The position numbers and the translations under genes were made by a program. From IMG/VR virus record IMGVR_UViG_3300045988_184134: a stretch of DNA of 64,000 bases; one strand, 5' to 3'. The DNA comes from a virus. Shown here one piece after another: positions 8,900 to 17,919 of the stretch (position 1 is the stretch's first letter; every line of letters starts with the position of its first letter). A model generated the notes under the pieces. It ran no database searches. It saw only the letters and a list, made by a program, of their open reading frames with translations, and was not told where the DNA came from.

Positions 8900-9683
8900 A
8901 GCTGCCTCCGATTCCGGCCCAAAGAGCTTCATCACTCAAGTCGTTGCGAGGGCACTTGATAATGCCCGCTTCTCTTAAAATTTGTCTTGCTTCCTTTGGC
9001 GTTAAGCCGTATTGCTTGGCGAGATTCGATAGAGACTGATTTGGGATAGCTCTGGCTTGTGTAATCAATCGCCTTTTCTTTTCTGTCCAATCGATTGCTA
9101 AGCTCTTGTTTTTTGGAGCTGAGAGAGCGGTTCTTTCAAGGTCTTTTTCGAGGTCTTTTTGGTATTTTTTTGCGGCCGCCTGAATGCCGCTGACCGTCAT
9201 TCCCCATTTATCAGCAATCTTTTTATAAGACATGCCACTGATGTAGTCTTCATATATTTGTTTGTTTCTGGCGTGCTTTTCCTGAACATCTTTCTGGCGA
9301 TAGAGGCGCGTCTTCGCCAAACCTTCACGCTCTTTTTGATACTTTTTCACGATTGACCGAACGCAGCTACTGGTAACGCCCCATTTCTCCGCTATTTTGA
9401 TGCAAGACGCACCACTTATAAACTCTTCATAAATTTGCTTGTTTCTGGTATGTTTTGCCTGTGCATTTTTCTGCCAGTCAAGGCGTGTCTTCGTTAAACC
9501 ATATTTGGGGTCAGAACGTAGAATTTCGACAATTCTATAGCAAGAAAGGCTATATTTGTCCGCCAACTCCAAGACACATACACCATCCATATAATCTCTG
9601 TAAATGGCGTCATTGCGTTCTTTCAAAGATTCATAGACGCCGTTATTCTTTGCCTTCATCATAGTATCGCTGCTTCTCATCAC
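8883..9683 (-). CDS. transcription regulator with four tandem HTH repeats (sigma-70 region-4 / HTH_23-like)
   Basis: Repeated units YRDYMDGVCVLELADKYSLS / YEEFISGASCIKIAEKWGVTSS / YEDYISGMSYKKIADKWGMTVS / SLSNLAKQYGLTPKEARQIL. Confidence 0.55.
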   Translation of the reverse strand: MMRSSDTMMKAKNNGVYESLKERNDAIYRDYMDGVCVLELADKYSLSCYRIVEILRSDPKYGLTKTRLDWQKNAQAKHTRNKQIYEEFISGASCIKIAEKWGVTSSCVRSIVKKYQKEREGLAKTRLYRQKDVQEKHARNKQIYEDYISGMSYKKIADKWGMTVSGIQAAAKKYQKDLEKDLERTALSAPKNKSLAIDWTEKKRRLITQARAIPNQSLSNLAKQYGLTPKEARQILREAGIIKCPRNDLSDEALWAGIGGSYDDIY

Positions 9684-12508
9684 AGACCTCCAAACGAAAG
9701 TTGCTCGCCCGTTGTCTGAGGCTTTGCTTCACTCTTTTCTTTCTTCTTGGAACCAAAGCTGCCACCATTACGCCGCTTGTAGCCGTACCCCTTATGCGCA
9801 GCCTGGACGGATTTGTACCCATACCCGTTTGCATCATCCAGCACAGTGTTGGAATCCTCTTCCATGATGACATAGCGTACATCACCGGGTTTAGATAGCT
9901 TGGAGGAGCGAATAACTCGATATTCGGCCGGAAACGCTTCTTTTTCTTTCTTATACTGCTCTTCTCCGTCCTTCCACCAGCCGACAGGTTCAGAGTCATA
10001 CGTCTGACGCTCCGGCGGCAGACGCTTGTACTGGGAGAAGTCATAGGGTTCGGTTGCGGTTTCTTCTGCAACTTTGACATCCACACCCATGCTCTGCAAG
10101 CTGTTCAGCATTTGCTCGAAACTATCAGCCGGATTCAAAACCACCTGTTTCGAGGCTTGAGCCGGGCTGTACTGGGTAACAGGCTTTGGACGCTTCTTCT
10201 CGCGGACTTTCCAGACCTTGAGAAGCTGACGCTCATTGAAGTCGATGACCAAGCCGCAGTCTTTAAGCATCTTGCGAACCACATAAGTAGAGAAGTTCGA
10301 ATAACCCGAATAGGGGCCGACATGGTTCTCAATATCGACTGCCACGCAAGACATCTGATGTTCGAACTCTGCATGGTCATCAAGCCACTGTTCAATGACA
10401 TGGAGAAGTTCTTTCTTATTGACCGATTCTTCCGTAGCTTTCTTATTCTGTTTCACGTATGCTTCGCAGGCGGCCAGAATTGTGTCATAGCCGTTTACTG
10501 CCGTACCGCCCACGATAGAGCGAGTTCCCGCATCCAGGATGACATACTGCTCACCCTGCTTGATAATAGCAACACCTTCGTCCTGCGGCTTTTCCTCAAC
10601 AATGTTGCCGCCGGTATCAAATTCAGGCAGCGAAGTGTCGGACATAACACGGTCGAGAATCGTGTCAAGGCTCTGGGAGTAGTCTTTCTCCAGATTGTAG
10701 GCGAGAGCTTCCGTATAGACGCCCTTGGTGATGCACTTCACTACCGCATTCAGAAAAGCCGTGCGGTCCGGAATTTCGACTTCATACATCGTGTTATCCC
10801 GGATGTTCCAAAGAACGCCGGTAGGAAGGCCTGTGGCGAGCATATAGCAGGCGCACTGGATGAAGTGCTTGTGTGCGAGGTTTGATACGAACTTCAGATA
10901 ATAGACCTTGTTGTCCTTGACTACATCGGCCATACCGCTAACGATAAGCGATGTGACAGGCTGCTTCAGTTCATCCTGTTCTACCACAATGTTTAGTTCT
11001 GCGCGTTCCTGAACCTCTTCATCATGGGTAAACATCGTAGAGAGGCGGTCAGTCAGCGCTTTTGCCTGTTCCGGCGTGATGAAAGGCAGTTCAACCTGCT
11101 TGATGTAACGGTCCTGACTCGTCATCAGCATCGTCAGGAACAGGACTTTTTGCTCCACTGATTTCCAAGAGGTCGGGACCTTCGCCATCTTGTCCTTGTG
11201 TAGGTACATGAAGAAGGCGATGGCGCTGTCGATGTCGTAAAAATCGAAGAAGTTTGCCTGCTGGTAGATACCGATGCAGGGAGACAGGTCAATCATCGCA
11301 TCGGAGTGCTTGATTTCGATTTCCGTCTGGTCTTTCTGGAATACCTGCTTGGTTGTGATAAGGTTGTAGCACGCATCCACATCCTCATCAAACTTGAAAT
11401 CGAACATTTCACTGATGTCGAATTTGTCCTTAAAGGTGGTGCGAGTCTTGACAGGGGTCATCAGTGTCTTGTCACTCACGAGGCTACGCTTATCAGGCTT
11501 AACGAAGATGACTTCTTGCTTGCCACGGCTCGCAGCTACGCAAAAGAGGTTGCGCATGATTTCGTAGCGAGTCAGAGGCTGGCGCATACGGGTCGCCCAG
11601 TAATCCTCGGTAAAATCGAAGACCACGCAGATAGGACGTTCCATGCCCTTGCTGCCGTCGAATGTCGTGAAGATGCCCACATTGCTGTTCGGAGCTACGC
11701 TTTTTTCGCCGTCGTTGTCCTTGATGCTGGCATAAACATGTTTTTTGTCGTAAAGGTTATCGGGGCGCTCTTCCAAGGCATTCAAAACTGCGGCCATCTG
11801 GCCGGTACGAGCGCCAAGGCATAGGACGTTCTTCGGGTCCAAATCGTTGAGGTACTCGATGACCTCATCCTTCGTCATGGACTTGACTTTGCAGTTCTCG
11901 TTGACTCCGTTGATTTCCTTATTCCAGATAGTGCCAAGGCGCTCGGCCAAGTCGTGGGACAAGCGGAAGCATTGGGTAAAGTTGACCTGCGTGTGTTTGC
12001 CGAGGAACTTGTTGATGAAGTTCCAGATGTCCAAGGATGTGGTGTCGTAGATTTTCTGCGCCATATCCCCCACCGCAATAATTTGCATGGTGGGGTTTTC
12101 TTCCTTGATATATTCAAGCATTCGAGAGATTTCTTCGTTAATATCTTGGTACTCATCGATGATGAGCACGTCATAGCGACCGACCGGAACATGCAAATCG
12201 AGCGCCTTCTTAATTTGCTCGCCCTGTCCAATATTACGAACTCCGTGCCGATAGAGGAGTTTTGAAGCAAAGCCGTGGTAGTTCTGGACGACAACATTGT
12301 CGTTTAGGATTTTTTCTTGCGCGTCGAGTTTTAGCAGACGGTTATAGGTCAGGTACAGAATCTGTTTGGAGGCGTCAAACTCGTTACACAACACGTTGAT
12401 GGTCGATGTTTTACCGCTGCCGATGCAAGCGTCACAGAGTATATTTCTGCCTGCGAGAGCCAGGCGTACAAGGTCCTGTTGCTCAGTAGACAGGTTAGCG
12501 AGAGTCAT
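9680..12508 (-). CDS. UvrD/PcrA-like superfamily-1 DNA helicase (942 aa) with long C-terminal extension
   Basis: Motif I GSGKTS, motif II IIDEYQD, FTTFDGSKGME, motif VI VAASRGKQEV; preceded by leader/terminator module copy 6. Confidence 0.8.
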   Translation of the reverse strand: MTLANLSTEQQDLVRLALAGRNILCDACIGSGKTSTINVLCNEFDASKQILYLTYNRLLKLDAQEKILNDNVVVQNYHGFASKLLYRHGVRNIGQGEQIKKALDLHVPVGRYDVLIIDEYQDINEEISRMLEYIKEENPTMQIIAVGDMAQKIYDTTSLDIWNFINKFLGKHTQVNFTQCFRLSHDLAERLGTIWNKEINGVNENCKVKSMTKDEVIEYLNDLDPKNVLCLGARTGQMAAVLNALEERPDNLYDKKHVYASIKDNDGEKSVAPNSNVGIFTTFDGSKGMERPICVVFDFTEDYWATRMRQPLTRYEIMRNLFCVAASRGKQEVIFVKPDKRSLVSDKTLMTPVKTRTTFKDKFDISEMFDFKFDEDVDACYNLITTKQVFQKDQTEIEIKHSDAMIDLSPCIGIYQQANFFDFYDIDSAIAFFMYLHKDKMAKVPTSWKSVEQKVLFLTMLMTSQDRYIKQVELPFITPEQAKALTDRLSTMFTHDEEVQERAELNIVVEQDELKQPVTSLIVSGMADVVKDNKVYYLKFVSNLAHKHFIQCACYMLATGLPTGVLWNIRDNTMYEVEIPDRTAFLNAVVKCITKGVYTEALAYNLEKDYSQSLDTILDRVMSDTSLPEFDTGGNIVEEKPQDEGVAIIKQGEQYVILDAGTRSIVGGTAVNGYDTILAACEAYVKQNKKATEESVNKKELLHVIEQWLDDHAEFEHQMSCVAVDIENHVGPYSGYSNFSTYVVRKMLKDCGLVIDFNERQLLKVWKVREKKRPKPVTQYSPAQASKQVVLNPADSFEQMLNSLQSMGVDVKVAEETATEPYDFSQYKRLPPERQTYDSEPVGWWKDGEEQYKKEKEAFPAEYRVIRSSKLSKPGDVRYVIMEEDSNTVLDDANGYGYKSVQAAHKGYGYKRRNGGSFGSKKKEKSEAKPQTTGEQLSFGGL

Positions 12509-12540
12509 GGTTTGAATCCTCCAGAATACGTATTAACGCA

Positions 12541-12634
12541 AAAAGAATACCCCGGCAGGCACGCATGGTGTTCCGCCGGGGTACAATTATTTATCTTACA
12601 ATATCAATTGTAGGCAATTCGCACAGATGGTCAA
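12541..12634 (-). promoter_or_regulatory. module copy 6, short form (TTGACC-N16-TACAAT promoter, then terminator, then RBS of the helicase)
   Basis: TGTGCGAATTG spacer motif; hairpin TACCCCGGCGG…CCGCCGGGGTA plus UUCUUUUU. Confidence 0.5.
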
Positions 12635-12914
12635 GCGCTTTTTATCGTATTTTGTTTTGAGTTTTGCGAGCACAAAAACAACGTCCACCCGTGATTTACG
12701 GATGGACGTTCAATCTTACGCAGCTACATGTGCTGCTACGATGCTTTCGGACGACATGTAGTCGATACCGTCCTCGTTTCAATCTTACGCAGTCACACGG
12801 GCTGCTACGGCAAAATTACATAACAAAGAATTTTGCATATATTCAGCATTGTATATTCTGCCACTATTGGTTCTACGTTATTTTTGTTTGCTATCACCGC
12901 ATCTCTTTGCGGTT

Positions 12915-13922
12915 TTACATAATTCGATGCAGATAGGATTTGTTGATTTCTACGAGCAACTCCTCGATTTTCGCAAAATCGGGTTTTGCCGGGAGTTCCG
13001 TTTTCTTCACGTCACGCTGGAATTTCGTTTCGAGCTGGTCCACAGACTCGAAGAATTCGGGTGCATACGACCCATCCTCACGCATATACTTGCCGTTGCG
13101 GATAGCCAGCAGTTCTTCGTGCTCCTTGTCCCGGCGGGTGATGATGCGTCCTTGCTCCAGAATGTCAAATGCTGTGTAATACAGTCTCACAAGGTGCATG
13201 GCGTGCTTATTGATATGGGCAGCATCCTTTTGCGCTTTCGGATGCTGCGGCTGTTCATACTGGTCGATAGTCGTTGTCAGACCTCGAAGCAGGGACTTGA
13301 GAGAGTTGACAGGATAGTTACTCAGATTTCCAGAAATCAAGAGAGGATGTTTGCCTTCAGAATCGACATCTTCACTGATGCTGATTTTGAAAACGTCATC
13401 TTTCCCTTGGCCTGCAACCAGGCGTTCAAGACTTCTCTTCTCAAACTTGTTTTTGAGTGCTTCCGGTGAAGTGCCATTACGAAGGAGACCCATCTGCAAG
13501 CGTCTGAGCTGGTCGTTTGCAAAGCCACCATAGCTATAGGCAACGCGCCGAGTCAGAAAAAGCTCCTTATTATCGAGCAGCATCTGTCCTTCAGAGGTCA
13601 TATTCACATACAGCTCCGGGTCGTTGCCAAGAAGCTCGATGACATTAGGATTGCATTGGACAAGCAAGTTTACGAACTTATTGATAACGTAGATAACTGT
13701 GTCTGTCTGATTATTGATAACTTGCTCAAAGCGGTTAAATCCCAAGATTTCAGGCGAACCGGCCGCACCACGGATGTCAACATCCGAGCCCTCGATATTC
13801 GTGCCGTAGGCGTGGCTGCCTCCGACGGTCAAAAACAGGATATTGTCTCCCAGATGCTTGATGGTACGTAAAAAATCGTATTCTTCGCGCTGGAGGATTG
13901 CTTTCAATTCTTCGTTGGTCAC
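12915..13922 (-). CDS. Pol-beta-superfamily nucleotidyltransferase with helical C-terminal domain
   Basis: GGSHAYGTNIEGSDVDIRG, the [GS]x9-SDxD NTase signature, followed by a third acidic position in TDTVIYV. Confidence 0.55.
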   Translation of the reverse strand: MTNEELKAILQREEYDFLRTIKHLGDNILFLTVGGSHAYGTNIEGSDVDIRGAAGSPEILGFNRFEQVINNQTDTVIYVINKFVNLLVQCNPNVIELLGNDPELYVNMTSEGQMLLDNKELFLTRRVAYSYGGFANDQLRRLQMGLLRNGTSPEALKNKFEKRSLERLVAGQGKDDVFKISISEDVDSEGKHPLLISGNLSNYPVNSLKSLLRGLTTTIDQYEQPQHPKAQKDAAHINKHAMHLVRLYYTAFDILEQGRIITRRDKEHEELLAIRNGKYMREDGSYAPEFFESVDQLETKFQRDVKKTELPAKPDFAKIEELLVEINKSYLHRIM

Positions 13923-13942
13923 TAAATCACTTCCTTACTACT

Positions 13943-14362
13943 TTATGTCAGCGCGGTGCATTCGGATTCAACCCGAATCAACTTTTCAGTCCGCCAATCA
14001 TATTCCAGCACGTCTTTGGCAACCACTGTGCTTCCCTCGATATATTCCAGAATTTGCCGCACACGCATGGGACGTTTCGCATCCTGTGCTATCCGTAGCG
14101 CTGCATCTCTGTACTCAACTGTGTATGCAGGCTCGTAGGTTACATACGGGCAGCCATCGGGTTGTGTCTGACGACTCAGCTCAAAGCGCGACCGGACGTA
14201 GCCGTTGTGCAGGGCATTACGGATGGCGCAAGCACTTTTTCTTTCGCCACTCTGTTCAAAGGTTTGTGCAATTTCCTCCACACACCGACAAAAATGCGTG
14301 GCATCTTGGCTGTGTTTTGCGAAAATCAGTTTTCGAATCAGCAGTGCTTCATCTTGACTCAC
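13943..14362 (-). CDS. hypothetical protein (139 aa)
   Basis: Intact ORF in operon arrangement downstream of the NTase. Confidence 0.45.
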   Translation of the reverse strand: MSQDEALLIRKLIFAKHSQDATHFCRCVEEIAQTFEQSGERKSACAIRNALHNGYVRSRFELSRQTQPDGCPYVTYEPAYTVEYRDAALRIAQDAKRPMRVRQILEYIEGSTVVAKDVLEYDWRTEKLIRVESECTALT

Positions 14363-14374
14363 GGCTCTCTCCTT

Positions 14375-14710
14375 TCACTTCTTCGTCGAGACCAAGAAGA
14401 CTCTTTTGGAGAAAGTTCCCTTCTCTGCTGCCTTCTGGCTTCTGACCTGTTCCACTTCCCTCTTAGAGACAGCGCAAGTCTTGCCCATAGCGTACAGAAC
14501 CTCCATGACGTCTGATATTTCCTCTGCAAAGTCCAGAACGCTCCGTTGCTTGGCGGTGTAGGCTTCCAGCAGTTCGGCAACCTCTTCTTTCAGTTTCTCA
14601 GCCAGAGCATCTTCGTACTCCTTATCAGACAGCTTACGGGTCACGCAGGTTTCTCCGTTTTTCTCAATAATAGCCGGGATATTATCCCGAACCAGCTTTT
14701 GAAACATCAT
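14375..14710 (-). CDS. MazG/HisE-like all-alpha NTP pyrophosphohydrolase
   Basis: KLVRDNIPAIIEKNG…EEVAELLEA…DFAEEISDVMEVLYAMG pattern. Start trimmed to the internal ATG so the gene abuts the upstream stop. Confidence 0.55.
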   Translation of the reverse strand: MMFQKLVRDNIPAIIEKNGETCVTRKLSDKEYEDALAEKLKEEVAELLEAYTAKQRSVLDFAEEISDVMEVLYAMGKTCAVSKREVEQVRSQKAAEKGTFSKRVFLVSTKK

Positions 14711-14714
14711 AGTT

Positions 14715-15131
14715 TTATCTTTCCTCCAGTTTACAGCGCCGCAGCGGTATGCGCAGCTCATGACAGGTGTATGCGGTTTCTCGTTCATCATCGGTTCCTT
14801 CAAAGACTACACAGCCTTTCTGCTGTTGCTTGGAAAGGTATGCGGGTAAATCATCGTTTGTGACAGATACAAATAGGTATCCACGCTCACTGGCGTACAT
14901 CGCAGCCAAGGCCGCAATCTTCTGCCCTGATTCTGCTACAATGACAACCTTATCTCGTTTTGCCAGCATCTTGTCGAGATACTCAGCTACCTGTTGGCGG
15001 TGCTTCCCCATCGCTTGCTGCGTGGCAGTAACACCACAAAAGAACCAATCCTTTTCGCAGATTCTGGCATCGCATTCCTTGCACTGAAGGTGGACCACGT
15101 TGCCATCTGTATAGGGGCAATAGCTGCTCAT
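14715..15131 (-). CDS. Cys-rich hypothetical protein (138 aa)
   Basis: C-x-x-C pairs CPYTDG…CKEC and ICEKDWFFC. Confidence 0.45.
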   Translation of the reverse strand: MSSYCPYTDGNVVHLQCKECDARICEKDWFFCGVTATQQAMGKHRQQVAEYLDKMLAKRDKVVIVAESGQKIAALAAMYASERGYLFVSVTNDDLPAYLSKQQQKGCVVFEGTDDERETAYTCHELRIPLRRCKLEER

Positions 15132-15390
15132 TTAACACCATCACACCTTTTGACACAATTTATTTACTACCTATATTTTCTCATAAGCAAGAAGAAATTG
15201 CGATTGTATGTTCTATTTGTTTACGGATTGTACATATTCCGGTTTGCCGCAAAAAGAAACACCCAAGCACCTGTTAAAGTGATAGGGTGTTCTCAATCTT
15301 ACGCAGCACGAAGCTGCTTCATTTTTATCTTGGCAGACGGTAACGTGTCGGTCTTCATTAGTGACGTTTTAATCTTATACTCGTTTCTTT

Positions 15391-15603
15391 TTACACTTTT
15401 TTGAAGTATTTCTCGACATATTCATCCGGCAGCTCCATGCGCATCTTATCCGGTCCAGTGAATTCCTTGAAGCTATATTGCCCGCCGCACCATACCAGAT
15501 GCCAGATGTTCCTGCGTTTGACACGGTATGGCTTCTTTTTGCCATCTGGACCATCATACCATAGTGTCAGCGGCTTGACGCATTTGTAATTTGTGTTATA
15601 CAT
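15391..15603 (-). CDS. small protein (70 aa)
   Basis: AAGGAG-CGAT-ATG RBS at the internal Met; the longer ORF-track version 15391..15897 overlaps the macro gene and is rejected. Confidence 0.45.
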   Translation of the reverse strand: MYNTNYKCVKPLTLWYDGPDGKKKPYRVKRRNIWHLVWCGGQYSFKEFTGPDKMRMELPDEYVEKYFKKV

Positions 15604-15652
15604 ATCGCTCCTTGTTTTTGTTGGTGGATTCTCCAACCCGTATTCATTTGTC

Positions 15653-16132
15653 TTATCTCTTATTCGGCGACAAAACCCAAATCTCCACATTAGCGTTCCA
15701 CGCCTCAGCAGCTTCAGCAATGAGAGAAAAGACAGTGTCCCAATCACCGCCCGCCAGGCCGCAGCCGATGCTGCTCGGAATACGGATAGTTGCTTCCGGC
15801 GCAATTCTCGAACAATCTCGCATAAACGTAAACAATGCCGTTGCAAAGGCCGCATAGTTCGTCTGGCGTTCACCAATTCCATAGTTGTTTTGCCCAAACA
15901 GGTTCACCACATGAATGTTTGGCTCAACCTGGACTTTCTGGTAACTGCCAAGGAACTCCTTCCATGCCGGAATTTCCATATATTGCTGATACACAACGGG
16001 CCACTTACGGCGAATTTTGAGAGCAAGCCCCGCGCCCATCACGCCTCGACAATTCACCTGTTGACAGATGTAGACATCCTTGTTAGTAGGAAGATTCGTC
16101 AGGATGTCGCCGGAGATAATCTTGATGCTCAT
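15653..16132 (-). CDS. macro-domain protein (ADP-ribose binding / ADP-ribosylhydrolase-like)
   Basis: IISGDILT…DVYICQQVNCRGVMGAGLALKI fits the macro-domain N-terminal glycine-rich signature. Confidence 0.7.
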   Translation of the reverse strand: MSIKIISGDILTNLPTNKDVYICQQVNCRGVMGAGLALKIRRKWPVVYQQYMEIPAWKEFLGSYQKVQVEPNIHVVNLFGQNNYGIGERQTNYAAFATALFTFMRDCSRIAPEATIRIPSSIGCGLAGGDWDTVFSLIAEAAEAWNANVEIWVLSPNKR

Positions 16133-16136
16133 GTCC

Positions 16137-16736
16137 TCACTCCTTTATGACGGTATAGTTGCCCGTGGCAAAGCCCAGCAGCTTGTTGTAAAGTTCCGCA
16201 GCAATTTCAATGAATGTCTCGCTGCAAGGGCTTATCCTGTGCAGGAATCGCTTGTCTTGCTGCATAGACGATGCCATGTTAAAGGCAATGGCAAGAACCT
16301 TTTTCTGCATACGGCCGAAAGTCACGCCTCTCATTTCCACACTGTCAGGCGTCGCTGCCCACACGGATGCCTGTACTGTAATGGCCCACAGGTCCGCATC
16401 CCAGAATCGAGCGTTTTCGTTGCCCATCAAAGGCCGCATAATGCGCCAGGCGTTCGCATAGCTTTTGCCTTCGACATTATCAATGGCAGGGCCAAAGAAA
16501 CCGTCGGTTTTGTTGCTGAGTTCAATGAGACGCTCAGCCATCTTGGTGGCAGCGTAGGCCAGAGACTTGGCATCGGTGTCGTTCATTTCGATAGTCAGCT
16601 CTTCCCCATCGGGCTTGATGTACTTATACTTGTTCTCACCGATGGCTGCACTCTCCCACAGGATGCAGGGCAGTTCCTTCAGCACGGTCTTGCTTGCACC
16701 AGCCTTCGCTTTTTCAATATAACTGCTGTTTGACAT
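16137..16736 (-). CDS. hypothetical protein (199 aa) translationally coupled to the macro gene
   Basis: Stop is 4 nt from the macro start codon. Confidence 0.5.
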   Translation of the reverse strand: MSNSSYIEKAKAGASKTVLKELPCILWESAAIGENKYKYIKPDGEELTIEMNDTDAKSLAYAATKMAERLIELSNKTDGFFGPAIDNVEGKSYANAWRIMRPLMGNENARFWDADLWAITVQASVWAATPDSVEMRGVTFGRMQKKVLAIAFNMASSMQQDKRFLHRISPCSETFIEIAAELYNKLLGFATGNYTVIKE

Positions 16737-16774
16737 GTTGTGTTCCTCTCAGCTCAAATGACAGATGCTTTGAC

Positions 16775-17173
16775 TCAGTTCAGCTTGTTTCCCGGATAGA
16801 GCGCATAGTCATTGCGGGATGCACGCTCCTCGCTATGTATCAGCATTACGTTTGCCATGCTGGTGTAGTAGTCCTTGTCTCCGCTCATCGTGTCTTCGAC
16901 CTCAAATTTGATGTTCAGACCACCATCGATAATCTCGTACTTTACGAGCTTGGCTATGACCCACTGATTATTATGCCGGTAGTAGATGTAATCATAGTCC
17001 GTCTCTGCTGATTCTGCCGTACTGGGCTCGGCTGTTTCACTCGTAGCAAACAGCTGTGACGGAATGTCCTTCAGTTCTTCCAGCGTCTGGTCTGCTACTT
17101 CACCGCAGCCCTCGAAGGCTACTGCAACGACCAAAATCACGCACACGACCAGTGCTTTCTTTGCAAATCGCAT
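16775..17173 (-). CDS. lipoprotein (about 132 aa)
   Basis: MRFAKKALVVCVILVVAVAFEGCG signal peptide and lipobox; start trimmed to this Met. Confidence 0.45.
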   Translation of the reverse strand: MRFAKKALVVCVILVVAVAFEGCGEVADQTLEELKDIPSQLFATSETAEPSTAESAETDYDYIYYRHNNQWVIAKLVKYEIIDGGLNIKFEVEDTMSGDKDYYTSMANVMLIHSEERASRNDYALYPGNKLN

Positions 17174-17499
17174 AATCTGTTTCAAGTGAATCACCACCAT
17201 TTTTGTGGATGCAATGTGCTTTTTTCCTTCTTTATTTATAATTTTACCTGTAAAAACAGAAAAACACAACGATAGTAGCTTGTTTTTAATTTTCTGTACA
17301 CATTTTGAAAGAAAGTCTTTGCCATCGAATAGAAAAGAAAAGACCCGCCTGTTAGCAGCAGGCAGGCCGTTCTCGCAGTGAGCGTTTTAGGTCCGCTCAA
17401 GACCCTATTCGTCTCTACCGAAGCAACACTATCAGCGCCGTTCAGTATCTATTAGTATACGGTGGTCGCATATCGTGTCAACTGGATATCGCGGCAATG

Positions 17500-17545
17500 C
17501 AACAGAAAAAGGAGCCTCGCCCGTTTTTGCAGGTAAGACTCCTCG
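17500..17545 (-). terminator. terminator of paralogue cassette 17556..17876
   Basis: Hairpin plus U5; a near-identical sister terminator lies at 18010..18060. Confidence 0.45.
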
Positions 17546-17555
17546 TTCGTTTGGC

Positions 17556-17876
17556 TTAGCCTTCGATATCGAAAGTGTAGCCCTTCACGGTCATAGTGAC
17601 CAGGCCGCTGCAAGACTTGCACTTTACGCCGTCCAGGCTGACATCGAGAGTCAGGCTGGAATCTTCGTTGTCCAGCCAGCTGGGCCGCATGTAGGCAGCG
17701 AGGTCGTGCAGCGCACCGATGACGTAAGCAACCAGGTCCTCATCATCCAGAGTCTGAGCAATCACGTCGTTTTCCTTGTCAGCGGGAAAGCCGATGGAAG
17801 CGGTGATGCTGTCAAGGGTGTTGTCGCCCTTGGAACGGAAAGCGGTGGCGCTGAACTCAATCAGGTTGGTACTCAT
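17556..17876 (-). CDS. hypothetical protein (106 aa), paralogue of 18065..18385
   Basis: Shares FSATAFRS…WLDNEDSSLTLD… with the neighbouring cassette; has its own promoter and terminator. Confidence 0.5.
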   Translation of the reverse strand: MSTNLIEFSATAFRSKGDNTLDSITASIGFPADKENDVIAQTLDDEDLVAYVIGALHDLAAYMRPSWLDNEDSSLTLDVSLDGVKCKSCSGLVTMTVKGYTFDIEG

Positions 17877-17919
17877 AATGGTATTCTCCTTTGTATTTCT
17901 TATTATTTCCTATGGTACT

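Noticed and set aside
9643-10086. Minus-strand ORF (147 aa) overlapping the 3' part of the helicase gene in another frame.
   Set aside because: It lies wholly inside the 942-aa helicase ORF, has a biased Arg/Ser composition and no independent translation signal.
15391-15897. Long version (168 aa) of the ORF downstream of the macro gene.
   Set aside because: The N-terminal 98 codons overlap the macro-domain gene in another frame. A strong AAGGAG RBS precedes the internal Met at 15603, so only 15391..15603 was kept.
17270-17475. About 200-nt ORF-free region, checked for a tRNA or tmRNA-like gene; also 35261..35640 and 8608..8882.
   Set aside because: No cloverleaf-compatible acceptor/T-arm pattern could be found by eye. 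The regions contain terminator hairpins and promoters only, but without a tRNA scanner this is not definitive.
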